Shown one piece after another: positions 45,401 through 55,550 of a DNA stretch of 64,000 nucleotides. The stretch covers positions 3,844,001-3,908,000 of the forward strand of contig OZ176058.1 in the NCBI GenBank assembly GCA_964247055.1, given 5' to 3'. The position numbers and the translations under genes were made by a program. The DNA is from Paragordius varius. Its lineage: Eukaryota; Animalia; Nematomorpha. Numbering within the stretch: the first letter of the stretch is position 1; every line of letters starts with the position of its first letter. Under the pieces are notes generated by a model, which saw only the letters and a program-made list of their open reading frames with translations, was not told the origin of the DNA and did not search any database.

Positions 45401-47329
45401 TCAAACATATATTTTCAACAATCAAATAATTTTTCCAACAATCAAAATATGTTGCCCAATAGCTTTTTAGTGTTTTCAACAATCAAACATATATTTTCAA
45501 CAATCAAATAATTTTTCCAACAATCAAATAATTTTTCCAACAATCAAAATATGTTGCCCAATAGCATTTAGTATTTCCAACAATCAAATAATTTTTCCAA
45601 CAATCAAAATATGTTTTCTTTTAACTTTTTAGTGTTTCCAACAATCAAACATATATTTTCAACAATCAAATAATTTTTCCAACAATCAAAATATGTTGCC
45701 CAATAGCTTTTTATTGTTTCCAACAATCAAACATATATTTTCAACAATCAAATGATTTTTCAAACAATCAAAATATGTTGCCCAATAGCTTTTTAGTATT
45801 TCCAACAATCAAACATATATTTTTAACAATCAAAAAATTTTTCCAACAATCAAATTATATTGTCTTTTAACTTTTTAGTGTTTCCAACAATCAAACATAT
45901 ATTTTCAACAATCAAATAATTTTACCAACAATCAAAATATGATGCCCAATAGCTTTTTAGTGTTTCCAAAAATCAAACATATATTTGCACAATCGAATAT
46001 TTTTTCCAACAATCAAAATATGTTGCCCAATAGCTTTTTATTGTTTCCAACAATCAAACATATATTTTCAACAATCAAATAATTTTTCAAACAATCAAAA
46101 TATGTTGCCCAATAGCTTTTTAGTGTTTCCAACAATCAAACATATATTTTCAACAATCAAATAATTTTTCCAACAATCAAAATATGTTGCCCAATATCAT
46201 TTAGTATTTCCAACAATCAAACATATATTTTCAACAATCAAATAATTTTTCCAACAATCAAAATATGTTTTCTTTTAACTTTTTAGTGTTTCCAACAATC
46301 AAACATATATTTTCAACAATCAAATAATTTTTCCAACAATCATAAAATGTTGCCTCATAGCTTTTTATTGTTTCCAACAATCAAATTATATTATCTTTTA
46401 ACTTTTTATTGTTTCCAACAATCAAACATATATCAACAATCAAAAAATTTTTCCACCAACCAAATTATGTTGTCTTTTAACTTTTTAATGTTTCCAACAA
46501 TCAAACTTATATTTTCAACAATAAAATATTTTTTTCAACAATCAAAATATGTTTTCTTTTAACTTTTTATTGTTTCCAACAATCAAACATATATTTTCAA
46601 CAATCAAATAATTTTTCCAACAATCAAAATATGTTGCCCAATAGCATTTAGTATTTCCAACAATCAAATAATTTTTCCAACAATCAAAATATGTTTTCTT
46701 TTAACTTTTTAGTGTTTCCAACAATCAAACATATATTTTCAACAATCAAATAATTTTTCCAACAATCAAAATATGTTGCCCAATAGCTTTTTATTGTTTC
46801 CAACAATCAAACATATATTTTCAACAATCAAATGATTTTTCAAACAATCAAAATATGTTGCCCAATAGCTTTTTAGTATTTCCAACAATCAAACATATAT
46901 TTTTAACAATCAAAAAATTTTTCCAACAATCAAATTATGTTGTCTTTTAACTTTTTAGTGTTTCCAACAATAAAACATATATTTTCAACAATCAAATAAT
47001 TTTACCAACAATCAAAATATGATGCCCAATAGCTTTTTAGTGTTTCCAACAATCAAACATATATTTGCACAATCAAATAATTTTTACAACAATCAAAATA
47101 TGTTTTCTTTTAACTTTTTAGTGTTTCCAACAATCAAACATATATTTCCAACAATCGAATATTTTTTCCAACAATCAAAATATGTTGCCCAATAGCTTTT
47201 TATTGTTTCCAACAATCAAACATATATTTTCAACAATCAAATAATTTTTCCAACAATCAAAATATGTTGCCCAATAGCATTTAGTATTTCCAACAATCAA
47301 ATAATTTTTCCAACAATCAAAATATGTTT

Positions 47330-50300
47330 TCTTTTAACTTTTTAGTGTTTCCAACAATCAAACATATATTTTCAACAATCAAATAATTTTACCAACAATC
47401 AAAATATGATGCCCAATAGCTTTTTAGTGTTTCCAACAATCAAACATATATTTGCACAATCAAATAATTTTTAAAACAATCAAAATATGTTTTCTTTTAA
47501 CTTTTTAATGTTTCCAACAATCAAACATATATTTTCAACAATCGAATATTTTTTCCAACAATCAAAATATGTTGCCCAATAGCTTTTTATTGTTTCCAAC
47601 AATCAAATATATATTTTCAACAATCAAATAATTTTTCAAACAATCAAAATATGTTGCCCAATAGCTTTTTAGTGTTTCCAACAATCAAACATATATTTTC
47701 AACAATCAAATAATTTTTCCAACAATCAAAATATGTTGCCCAATAGCATTTAGTATTTCCAACAATCAAACATATATTTTCAACAATCAAATAATTTTTC
47801 CAACAATCACAAAATGTTGCCCAATAGCTTTTTATTGTTTCCAACAATCAAACATATATTTTCAACAATCAAATGATTTTTCAAACAATCAAAATATGTT
47901 GCCCAATAGCTTTTTAGTATTTCCAACAATCAAACATATATTTTTAACAATCAAATAATTTTTCCAACAATCAAATTATGTTGTCTTTTAACTTTTTAGT
48001 GTTTCCAACAATCAAACATATATTTTCAACAATCAAATAATTTTTCCAACAATCAAAATATGTTGCCCAATAGCTTTTTAGTGTTTTCAACAATCAAACA
48101 TATATTTTCAACAATAAAATAATTTTTCCAACAATCAAATAATTTTTCCAACAATCAAAATATGTTGCCCAATAGCATTTAGTATTTCCAACAATCAAAT
48201 AATTTTTCCAACAATCAAAATATGTTTTCTTTTAACTTTTTAGTGTTTCCAACAATCAAACATATATTTTCAACAATCAAATAATTTTACCAACAATCAA
48301 AATATGATGCCCAATAGCTTTTTAGTGTTTCCAACAATCAAACATATATTTGCACAATCAAATAATTTTTAAAACAATCAAAATATGTTTTCTTTTAACT
48401 TTTTAATGTTTCCAACAATCAAACATATATTTTCAACAATCGAATATTTTTTCCAACAATCAAAATATGTTGCCCAATAGCTTTTTATTGTTTCCAACAA
48501 TCAAATATATATTTTCAACAATCAAATAATTTTTCAAACAATCAAAATATGTTGCCCAATAGCTTTTTAGTGTTTCCAACAATCAAACATATATTTTCAA
48601 CAATCAAATAATTTTTCCAACAATCAAAATATGTTGCCCAATAGCATTTAGTATTTCCAACAATCAAACATATATTTTCAACAATCAAATAATTTTTCCA
48701 ACAATCACAAAATGTTGCCCAATAGCTTTTTATTGTTTCCAACAATCAAACATATATTTTCAACAATCAAATGATTTTTCAAACAATCAAAATATGTTGC
48801 CCAATAGCTTTTTAGTATTTCCAACAATCAAACATATATTTTTAACAATCAAATAATTTTTCCAACAATCAAATTATGTTGTCTTTTAACTTTTTAGTGT
48901 TTCCAACAATCAAACATATATTTTCAACAATCAAATAATTTTTCCAACAATCAAAATATGTTGCCCAATAGCTTTTTAGTGTTTTCAACAATCAAACATA
49001 TATTTCCAACAATCAAATAATTTTTCCAACAATCAAAATATGTTTTCTTTTAACTTTTTAGTGTTTCCAACAATCAAACATATATTTTCAACAATCAAAT
49101 AATTTTACCAACAATCAAAATATGATGCCCAATAGCTTTTTAGTGTTTCCAACAATCAAACATATATTTGCACAATCAAATAATTTTTAAAACAATCAAA
49201 ATATGTTTTCTTTTAACTTTTTAATGTTTCCAACAATCAAACATATATTTTCAACAATCGAATATTTTTTCCAACAATCAAAATATGTTGCCCAATAGCT
49301 TTTTATTGTTTCCAACAATCAAATATATATTTTCAACAATCAAATAATTTTTCAAACAATCAAAATATGTTGCCCAATAGCTTTTTAGTGTTTCCAACAA
49401 TCAAACATATATTTTCAACAATCAAATAATTTTTCCAACAATCAAAATATGTTGCCCAATAGCATTTAGTATTTCCAACAATCAAACATATATTTTCAAC
49501 AATCAAATAATTTTTCCAACAATCACAAAATGTTGCCCAATAGCTTTTTATTGTTTCCAACAATCAAACATATATTTTCAACAATCAAATGATTTTTCAA
49601 ACAATCAAAATATGTTGCCCAATAGCTTTTTAGTATTTCCAACAATCAAACATATATTTTTAACAATCAAATAATTTTTCCAACAATCAAATTATGTTGT
49701 CTTTTAACTTTTTAGTGTTTCCAACAATCAAACATATATTTTCAACAATCAAATAATTTTTCCAACAATCAAAATATGTTGCCCAATAGCTTTTTAGTGT
49801 TTTCAACAATCAAACATATATTTTCAACAATCAAATAATTTTTCCAACAATCAAATAATTTTTCCAACAATCAAAATATGTTGCCCAATAGCATTTAGTA
49901 TTTCCAACAATCAAATAATTTTTCCAACAATCAAAATATGTTTTCTTTTAACTTTTTAGTGTTTCCAACAATCAAACATATATTTTCAACAATCAAATAA
50001 TTTTACCAACAATCAAAATATGATGCCCAATAGCTTTTTAGTGTTTCCAACAATCAAACATATATTTGCACAATCAAATAATTTTTAAAACAATCAAAAT
50101 ATGTTTTCTTTTAACTTTTTAATGTTTCCAACAATCAAACATATATTTTCAACAATCGAATATTTTTTCCAACAATCAAAATATGTTGCCCAATAGCTTT
50201 TTATTGTTTCCAACAATCAAATATATATTTTCAACAATCAAATAATTTTTCAAACAATCAAAATATGTTGCCCAATAGCTTTTTAGTGTTTCCAACAATC

Positions 50301-50640
50301 AAACATATATTTTCAACAATCAAATAATTTTTCCAACAATCAAAATATGTTGCCCAATAGCATTTAGTATTTCCAACAATCAAACATATATTTTCAACAA
50401 TCAAATAATTTTTCCAACAATCACAAAATGTTGCCCAATAGCTTTTTATTGTTTCCAACAATCAAACATATATTTTCAACAATCAAATGATTTTTCAAAC
50501 AATCAAAATATGTTGCCCAATAGCTTTTTAGTATTTCCAACAATCAAACATATATTTTTAACAATCAAATAATTTTTCCAACAATCAAATTATGTTGTCT
50601 TTTAACTTTTTAGTGTTTCCAACAATCAAACATATATTTT
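47330..50640 (+). repeat. ~0.8-0.9-kb higher-order repeat, four near-identical copies
   Basis: Marker CAAATATATATTTTC at 47,604, 48,502, 49,320 and 50,218 (898, 818, 898 bp). Identical spurious ORFs at 47,644, 48,542, 49,360 and 50,258. Boundaries approximate. Confidence 0.88.
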
Positions 50641-51290
50641 CAACAATCAAATAATTTTTCAAAATATCAAAATATGTTGCCCAACAGCTTTTTAGTATTT
50701 CCAACAATCAAACATATATTTTTAACAATCAAATAATTTTTCCAACAATCAAAATATGTTGCCCAATAGCTTTTTATTGTTTCCAACAATCAAACATATA
50801 TTTTCAACAATCAAATGATTTTTCAAACAATCAAAATATGTTGCCCAATAGCTTTTTAGTGTTTCCAACAATCAAACATATATTTTCAACAATCAAATAA
50901 TTTTTCAAAATATCAAAATATGTTGCCCAACAGCTTTTTAGTGTTTCTAACAATTAAACATATATTTTCAACAATCAAATAATTTTTCAAACAATCAAAA
51001 TATGTTGCCCAATAGCTTTTTAGTGTTTCCAACAATCAAACATATATTTTCAAAAATCAAATAATTTTTCCAACAATCAAAATATGTTGCTCAATAGCTT
51101 TTTAGTGTTTCCAACAATCAAACATATATTTTCTACAATCAAATAATTTTTCCAACAATCAAAATATGTTGCCTAATAGCTTTTTAGTTTTCCAACAATC
51201 AAACATATTTTAACATTCAAATAATTTTTCCAACAATCAAATTATGTTGTCTTTTAACTTTTTAGTGTTTCCAACAATCAAACATATATT

Positions 51291-51295
51291 TTCAA
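51291..51295. repeat. Target-site duplication TTCAA (left copy)
   Basis: TTCAA immediately precedes TGTAAGG and recurs immediately after the other LTR. Confidence 0.93.
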
Positions 51296-51563
51296 TGTAA
51301 GGTTGATTTATTCACGTAGAGCAGTATGGTATAATAAAATAGAGTTGAGAGATAAAAAGAAAAACCAAAATAAAAAAGTGAGTTGCTATTATATCACAAG
51401 TTCTTTTTATGTGTGCATGCCTTATTTGCGTAGACGTTACACAATGGTTATTCTCAACAACAGATAAGCTTTAACACGAAAAATATATATAATATTCAAA
51501 TACAAAATAACTGATGCAACATGAATTGAGTGTGTTAACAAAATAGAATATTATAACCTTACA
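51296..51563 (-). repeat. 3' LTR (268 bp)
   Basis: Begins TGTAAGGTT and ends AACCTTACA (9-bp terminal inverted repeat). Adjacent to the PPT. Matches 55,551-55,818 except at 51,404 (T versus C at 55,659). Confidence 0.97.
51307..51312 (-). terminator. Putative polyadenylation signal AATAAA in the 3' LTR
   Basis: AATAAA on the minus strand, 11 bp from the LTR end. The AT-rich context makes a chance match possible. Confidence 0.45.
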
Positions 51564-51566
51564 TTA

Positions 51567-51576
51567 CTCTCCCCCT
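51567..51576 (-). other. Polypurine tract AGGGGGAGAG
   Basis: All-purine 10-mer on the minus strand, 3 nt (TAA) before the 3' LTR. Confidence 0.9.
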
Positions 51577-51614
51577 AAGTTAACCACGGGGGCTGTCGTG
51601 TTCGTACATTATAC

Positions 51615-51880
51615 CTATAAGTTTAAACGATCGGGAGGCTGCCGTCTTCTTAGCGGATATCTACGCTCGGGTAGGTCAGAAACCTCCTTTACCACGTCGG
51701 GTGTAGCCTCTACAGGCGTCAGCGATTCTCGGTCTACGTCTTGCCATGAGGTAGCAGGCGTTGGGGCATGGACTATTTGAGATTCCGAGGTGGGATGGAA
51801 GGTTTGTTCGGAGTGGGCCTCGACACGGGACACTTTCGACGCTGGGATATTTATGCTCTTCGTATGAATTCCCTCCTGAC
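51615..51880 (-). other. Probable native integrase C-terminal tail in the +1 frame (ends PERRYPLRRRQPPDRLNL*)
   Basis: The alternate frame is open from 51,986 to the TAG at 51,615-51,617. It encodes a P/T/S/E-rich linker and the basic RRxxRxRxPPxRL-type terminus common in Gypsy integrases, and stops 38 bp before the PPT. The switch point is not resolved. Confidence 0.7.
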
Positions 51881-54800
51881 CTACGTCGTAACTGATCTGC
51901 ATGTTTACGTTTTCGAATCCCTTCCTCATCTTGCACTTCATACGAGAGTAACCCCCTTCTCTCCAGAATGTGACCTGGCCGCCAGCCTACGGCCATTTCA
52001 TTTTTAATATAGACAGGATCGTCTTGTTGGAATTCGCGTCTCGGTTCATTTTCGTGCTCTATAAATTCGACAGGGGTTGTTTTTACCCAAGAGATAGGGT
52101 TGTGTACACGCCGTTTTAGGAATATGGCGGAAGGCGTTTCTTTTAGCGAAGAATGCATGCTAGTTCGATACGAATAAAGGACCGTGTTGATAGCTTCATA
52201 TGCATGCATTTGTTGGGTCTTAGTAGCGGCGTATTTCGTTTTTAATGTCTTTATTACTCTCTCTACTAGACCGTTTGTTTTGGGATGATAGGGTGCTGCA
52301 CAGATGCGCTTTATATTCATATGATTTAGGAGAGTCGTAAATTCTTTTGAAGTAAAATACGTGGCGTTATCGGTCACAATTTGGCGGGGAAAACCAAATC
52401 GTGCAATGTGTTTCTCCAGGCAATTTAAAACGCTTTGACTCGTTATTGATTTAAGAAGATCTATCTCTACCCACCGTGAGGCGCTATCGATAGTCACTAA
52501 CCAATAATATCCGTCCACCGGTCCAGCAACATCTATATGTAACCTTTCCCATGTCAAAGTGTTAAAATTCCATCGATAGGGAAGATTTTCAGGTGCGTTA
52601 GGTCGATAGGTTTGGCAAGCCTCGCACCTTTCCACATAATTCTCTAGATCGGTGTCTAATTCGGGCCAAAATACCGAACACCGGGCTTGGGCTTTCATTG
52701 TTTTTAGCCCGCTGTGTCCCGCATGCAGAAGTTTCAATATCGTTTCCTGCATCGCGTGTGGTATCACTAAGCGATCATTCAGGTATAACAGATTATAACA
52801 ACACTCCAAGTCATTTTTATGTTTTAAAAAAGGTTTCAGATCTTCGTCGATCCAACTGTTTGTCCTGAGAGCATTTTTAACTTTTGATAACCGTTGGTCA
52901 GTGATCGTTGCCTCTTCGACCACTTTCTTATTTACATCAAGCGTTTTTAGAGCCAAAAATCGTACCTGTTTGGTGGCCGCATCATCTTCATCATCTGGTT
53001 GGCTATGCTCTATGGGAAGTCTCGACAACGCGTCGGCTAAGTTTTCTTCCCCTTTCTTGTAAAATATTTCATACTCGTACCCGATGGTCTTCGATATCCA
53101 CCTGAGCAGTTTATTATTAATGTTGTTGATATCTCTCTTCCGCCCAAATAGTAACACCAGCGGTTTATGATCTGTATATATCTCGAAAGGTCTTCCATAT
53201 ATAAAGTATTTAAATTTTTCTAGGGCAAACACTATGGCCTTGGCCTCTTTTTCGATCGTGGAATAACCCTTTTCTGCTATTGAACAAGTTCGTGACGCGT
53301 AAAAAATTGGGCGTTTCCCCTGTGGGGTCTTATGAAACAGTATTGCCCCAAACCCCTTGTTGGAAGCATCTGTTTCGATCAACAATGGAAAACGGTCGTT
53401 AAATGGCATTAAAGCGGGGGGCCTGGTTAGCAAGCTTTTTGCTTTCGCGAATTCACTATCATCTGCCGGGGTCCACCGCCAAGGTGTATTCTTTCCACTT
53501 AACTTGTGTAAGGTTGCTAGGTGTGGGTGACAGTTTGGAATAAACCGCTCATGAAAATTTATTAAGCCTAAGAACGAACGTAGCTCAGTTTTGTTTGTAG
53601 GTGTCGGACAATTTTTAATGGCCTCTAATTTTTCATTGGACGGCTCAATACCTTGGTCGGAAATCACGTACCCCATGTATTTGACTCGTGAGATACCAAT
53701 TTGCAATTTGTCTCGGCGCAATCGTAATCCCGCCTCTTGTAACCTTCTAAATACTTCCCTTAATCTTTGATCATGTTCCTCCCTGGTAGCTCCGGAAATT
53801 AAGACATCATCCAGATACACACAAATACCAGGTATGTCCTTTAAAAGATTGTCCATGCATCTTTGAAAGATCATAGGTGCTGAAGTTAATCCGAATGGAA
53901 GTCGCTGGTAAGCATAAAACCCTTTGTGAGTTGTGATGGTCACTAGCGTCTGTGACGCCCGGTCTATCGGAAATTGTAAGTAAGCATCTTTCAGGTCTAA
54001 AGTGGAAAAAATTATCCCATTTGCCACTTTGGTGGCCAACTCGTCAAAAGTAGGTATCAGATGAGAATCTTTTGCTAAATAACGGTTGATACTAATTCGG
54101 AAATCGGCACAAATCCTAATTTCTCCATTTCCTTTAACTATATTTACTGTGGGAGAGGCCCATGTTATTGGGGTTTGGGTCGGATCGATAGGTCGGAGTA
54201 TTTTGAGTTTAACTAATCTATCAATTTCATTTTCTACTAAAGGTTTTAGAGTTAAAGGTACCCTACGACAAGGAAAAACTTTAGGTTTGGCCCCGGGGTC
54301 GATAAATAATTTTATTGGGGGCCCCTTGAAAGTACCTAACTCGTCTGAAAACAATTTGTCAAAATAATCAAATAACATTTTATTATTAGGTGCTTGCGTA
54401 TGTAAAACTGAAAAAACATTTTTTGGGAATTCTAACCGAAACGCCCGCATCCAATTCATCCCGAACACGGCTGGCGGGTTAGTTTGCGTCACCACGCAGG
54501 GCAGGCACTTCTCCTCTTCGTTCAAAACCACTGAAAGCATCGATTTTCCGAGTACTTCTATCGGGCCATCATTGTAGGTTCGCAAATTTGGAGCTGGGAG
54601 CAACCGAGGTCGACCAATATTTACCCAAGTGCGCTTGCCAATAACGGATACCTCGGCGCCCGTATCGTAGATAAACGTTGTTGGTATATTATTTATTAAT
54701 ACCTGAATCCGGGGGGTGTTGTTCGGGCTAGTCATGGTGCGGATTGACGGCCGTCGGAACGTTGCCTTGCATACTGTGCTGAAATGATTCCATATGTCGC

Positions 54801-55530
54801 AATTGAAACACCGTTTTCCTTTTGCCGGACAGGTGGCGGAACCATGTCGATACCCACAATTACTACATAGCTTTCGGATTATTTGATTGATTGTATTATT
54901 ATCATTAACAACTGGTTGGATACTTGAAGGAAGTTCACTGGTATTATTATTGTTCATATCATTATTATCTCTGATGTTGTGAACCTTTTTATCTTCTAAT
55001 TCATAGGAATAAGCGATGTCTACAATCGCTTGAAGGGTTACCGGACCCCCGTCCTTTTTACCATCTGGATATTTGGATTGAATTTCGCGTTCTACTCTGG
55101 GATTTTCAAGACCTACCAGGAATAAATCGCGTAATTTTGACTGAATATCCCCTTCAAATTTCCCGGCTTCACACTTTGCTTTCAGACGTTCCAGGAAATC
55201 CATGACTGATTCATCTGGCATTTTTTTTAATTGGTAGAATTCAACTCGATTTAACCATAGGCTGCTGATTGGTGAATATATCTGAGTGGCCAAGGTTGCA
55301 ATTTCCTCCCATTCCATGTCATCTATGAGTTTTGGAAATGCTAACGTTTCAATTTTCATTATTACTTGAATACCGCCGAAAGCGAGAAAAGTGCGTTTCA
55401 TTGTGGTGTCATTGGATTCGATATTTTTGGAATTTAAGACTCTCCTGATGTGACGTATATATTGCCTAAAATTCATCGGTTCCTTAAAAGGCTCCAAAAT
55501 CAGTTTTGAAATGTCCAACGCTTGGCTCAT
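51676..55530 (-). CDS. gag-pol: Gag-Pol polyprotein, 1,284 aa (Gag with two CCHC knuckles, aspartic protease, reverse transcriptase, RNase H, integrase)
   Basis: Zn knuckles at aa 222-254 (54,769-54,867). Protease DTG (54,658-54,666). RT motifs LDLKDAY, RLPFGL and YLDD (53,806-53,817). RNase H TDAS, EKEA and YTDHKPL. Integrase HHCC (52,615-52,725) and D-D-X35-E (52,533, 52,371, 52,263). The last ~40-67 aa are probably out of the ancestral frame. Confidence 0.96.
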   Translation of the reverse strand: MSQALDISKLILEPFKEPMNFRQYIRHIRRVLNSKNIESNDTTMKRTFLAFGGIQVIMKIETLAFPKLIDDMEWEEIATLATQIYSPISSLWLNRVEFYQLKKMPDESVMDFLERLKAKCEAGKFEGDIQSKLRDLFLVGLENPRVEREIQSKYPDGKKDGGPVTLQAIVDIAYSYELEDKKVHNIRDNNDMNNNNTSELPSSIQPVVNDNNTINQIIRKLCSNCGYRHGSATCPAKGKRCFNCDIWNHFSTVCKATFRRPSIRTMTSPNNTPRIQVLINNIPTTFIYDTGAEVSVIGKRTWVNIGRPRLLPAPNLRTYNDGPIEVLGKSMLSVVLNEEEKCLPCVVTQTNPPAVFGMNWMRAFRLEFPKNVFSVLHTQAPNNKMLFDYFDKLFSDELGTFKGPPIKLFIDPGAKPKVFPCRRVPLTLKPLVENEIDRLVKLKILRPIDPTQTPITWASPTVNIVKGNGEIRICADFRISINRYLAKDSHLIPTFDELATKVANGIIFSTLDLKDAYLQFPIDRASQTLVTITTHKGFYAYQRLPFGLTSAPMIFQRCMDNLLKDIPGICVYLDDVLISGATREEHDQRLREVFRRLQEAGLRLRRDKLQIGISRVKYMGYVISDQGIEPSNEKLEAIKNCPTPTNKTELRSFLGLINFHERFIPNCHPHLATLHKLSGKNTPWRWTPADDSEFAKAKSLLTRPPALMPFNDRFPLLIETDASNKGFGAILFHKTPQGKRPIFYASRTCSIAEKGYSTIEKEAKAIVFALEKFKYFIYGRPFEIYTDHKPLVLLFGRKRDINNINNKLLRWISKTIGYEYEIFYKKGEENLADALSRLPIEHSQPDDEDDAATKQVRFLALKTLDVNKKVVEEATITDQRLSKVKNALRTNSWIDEDLKPFLKHKNDLECCYNLLYLNDRLVIPHAMQETILKLLHAGHSGLKTMKAQARCSVFWPELDTDLENYVERCEACQTYRPNAPENLPYRWNFNTLTWERLHIDVAGPVDGYYWLVTIDSASRWVEIDLLKSITSQSVLNCLEKHIARFGFPRQIVTDNATYFTSKEFTTLLNHMNIKRICAAPYHPKTNGLVERVIKTLKTKYAATKTQQMHAYEAINTVLYSYRTSMHSSLKETPSAIFLKRRVHNPISWVKTTPVEFIEHENEPRREFQQDDPVYIKNEMAVGWRPGHILERRGLLSYEVQDEEGIRKRKHADQLRRRSGGNSYEEHKYPSVESVPCRGPLRTNLPSHLGISNSPCPNACYLMARRRPRIADACRGYTRRGKGGF

Positions 55531-55538
55531 TGAAAGAA

Positions 55539-55548
55539 CACGGCACCA
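55539..55548 (-). other. Primer-binding site TGGTGCCGTG (tRNA-His-like)
   Basis: Lies 2 nt after the 5' LTR and begins TGG. Complementary to the ...CACGGCACCA 3' end of eukaryotic cytosolic tRNA-His(GUG), recalled from knowledge. The match stops after 10 nt. Confidence 0.75.
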
Positions 55549-55550
55549 AA

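Larger units (their letters stand above)
20933..51295 (+). repeat. Satellite array, right arm part 1 (~82-bp monomer, forward orientation)
   Basis: Consensus CAACAATCAAAATATGTTGCC-CAATAGCTTTTTAGTGTTTC-CAACAATCAAACATATATTTT-CAACAATCAAATAATTTTTC (21+20+21+20 = 82 bp), repeated without non-satellite interruption up to the LTR. Confidence 0.98.

Noticed and set aside
8885-50461. Dozens of 60-134-aa ORFs within the satellite (MLETLKSYWATYFD..., MLPNSFLVFPTIKH...), including those at 58,057-62,587
   Set aside because: They are translations of the repeat. An 82-bp unit shifts frame by one per monomer, so a stop-bearing frame is reached within about three monomers, which explains the recurring ~67-aa length. 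No protein family motif is present.
20933-51295. CRISPR-like alternation of constant and variable segments
   Set aside because: The variable slot has only two recurring states rather than unique spacers, there are no cas genes or leader, and the context is eukaryotic.
20933-51295. Short dyads in the monomer (AACATAT/ATATGTT; CAACA...TGTTG) as cruciform signals
   Set aside because: Stems of 5-7 bp in very AT-rich DNA are expected by chance and cannot be shown to be enriched without a shuffle test.
51440-51520. Satellite-like words in the LTR (TCTCAACAAC, AATATATATAATATTCAAATA) suggesting that the satellite derives from the LTR
   Set aside because: Matches are about 7 bp in very AT-rich DNA and no collinear alignment with the monomer is visible.
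51675-51690. AGGAGGT-TTC-TGA-C resembling the bacterial prfB Shine-Dalgarno-stimulated +1 frameshift site
   Set aside because: Eukaryotic ribosomes do not use SD pairing, the spacing is wrong, and TTC to TCT re-pairing is poor. Probably coincidence.
51615-52100. Chromodomain or env gene after integrase
   Set aside because: No aromatic-cage chromodomain pattern, and no room for env: the PPT follows within 40 bp of the last stop.
51598-54367. Plus-strand ORFs inside the element (51,598-51,780; 51,768-52,007; 52,908-53,105; 54,086-54,367)
   Set aside because: Short antisense shadows of pol with no recognisable motifs.
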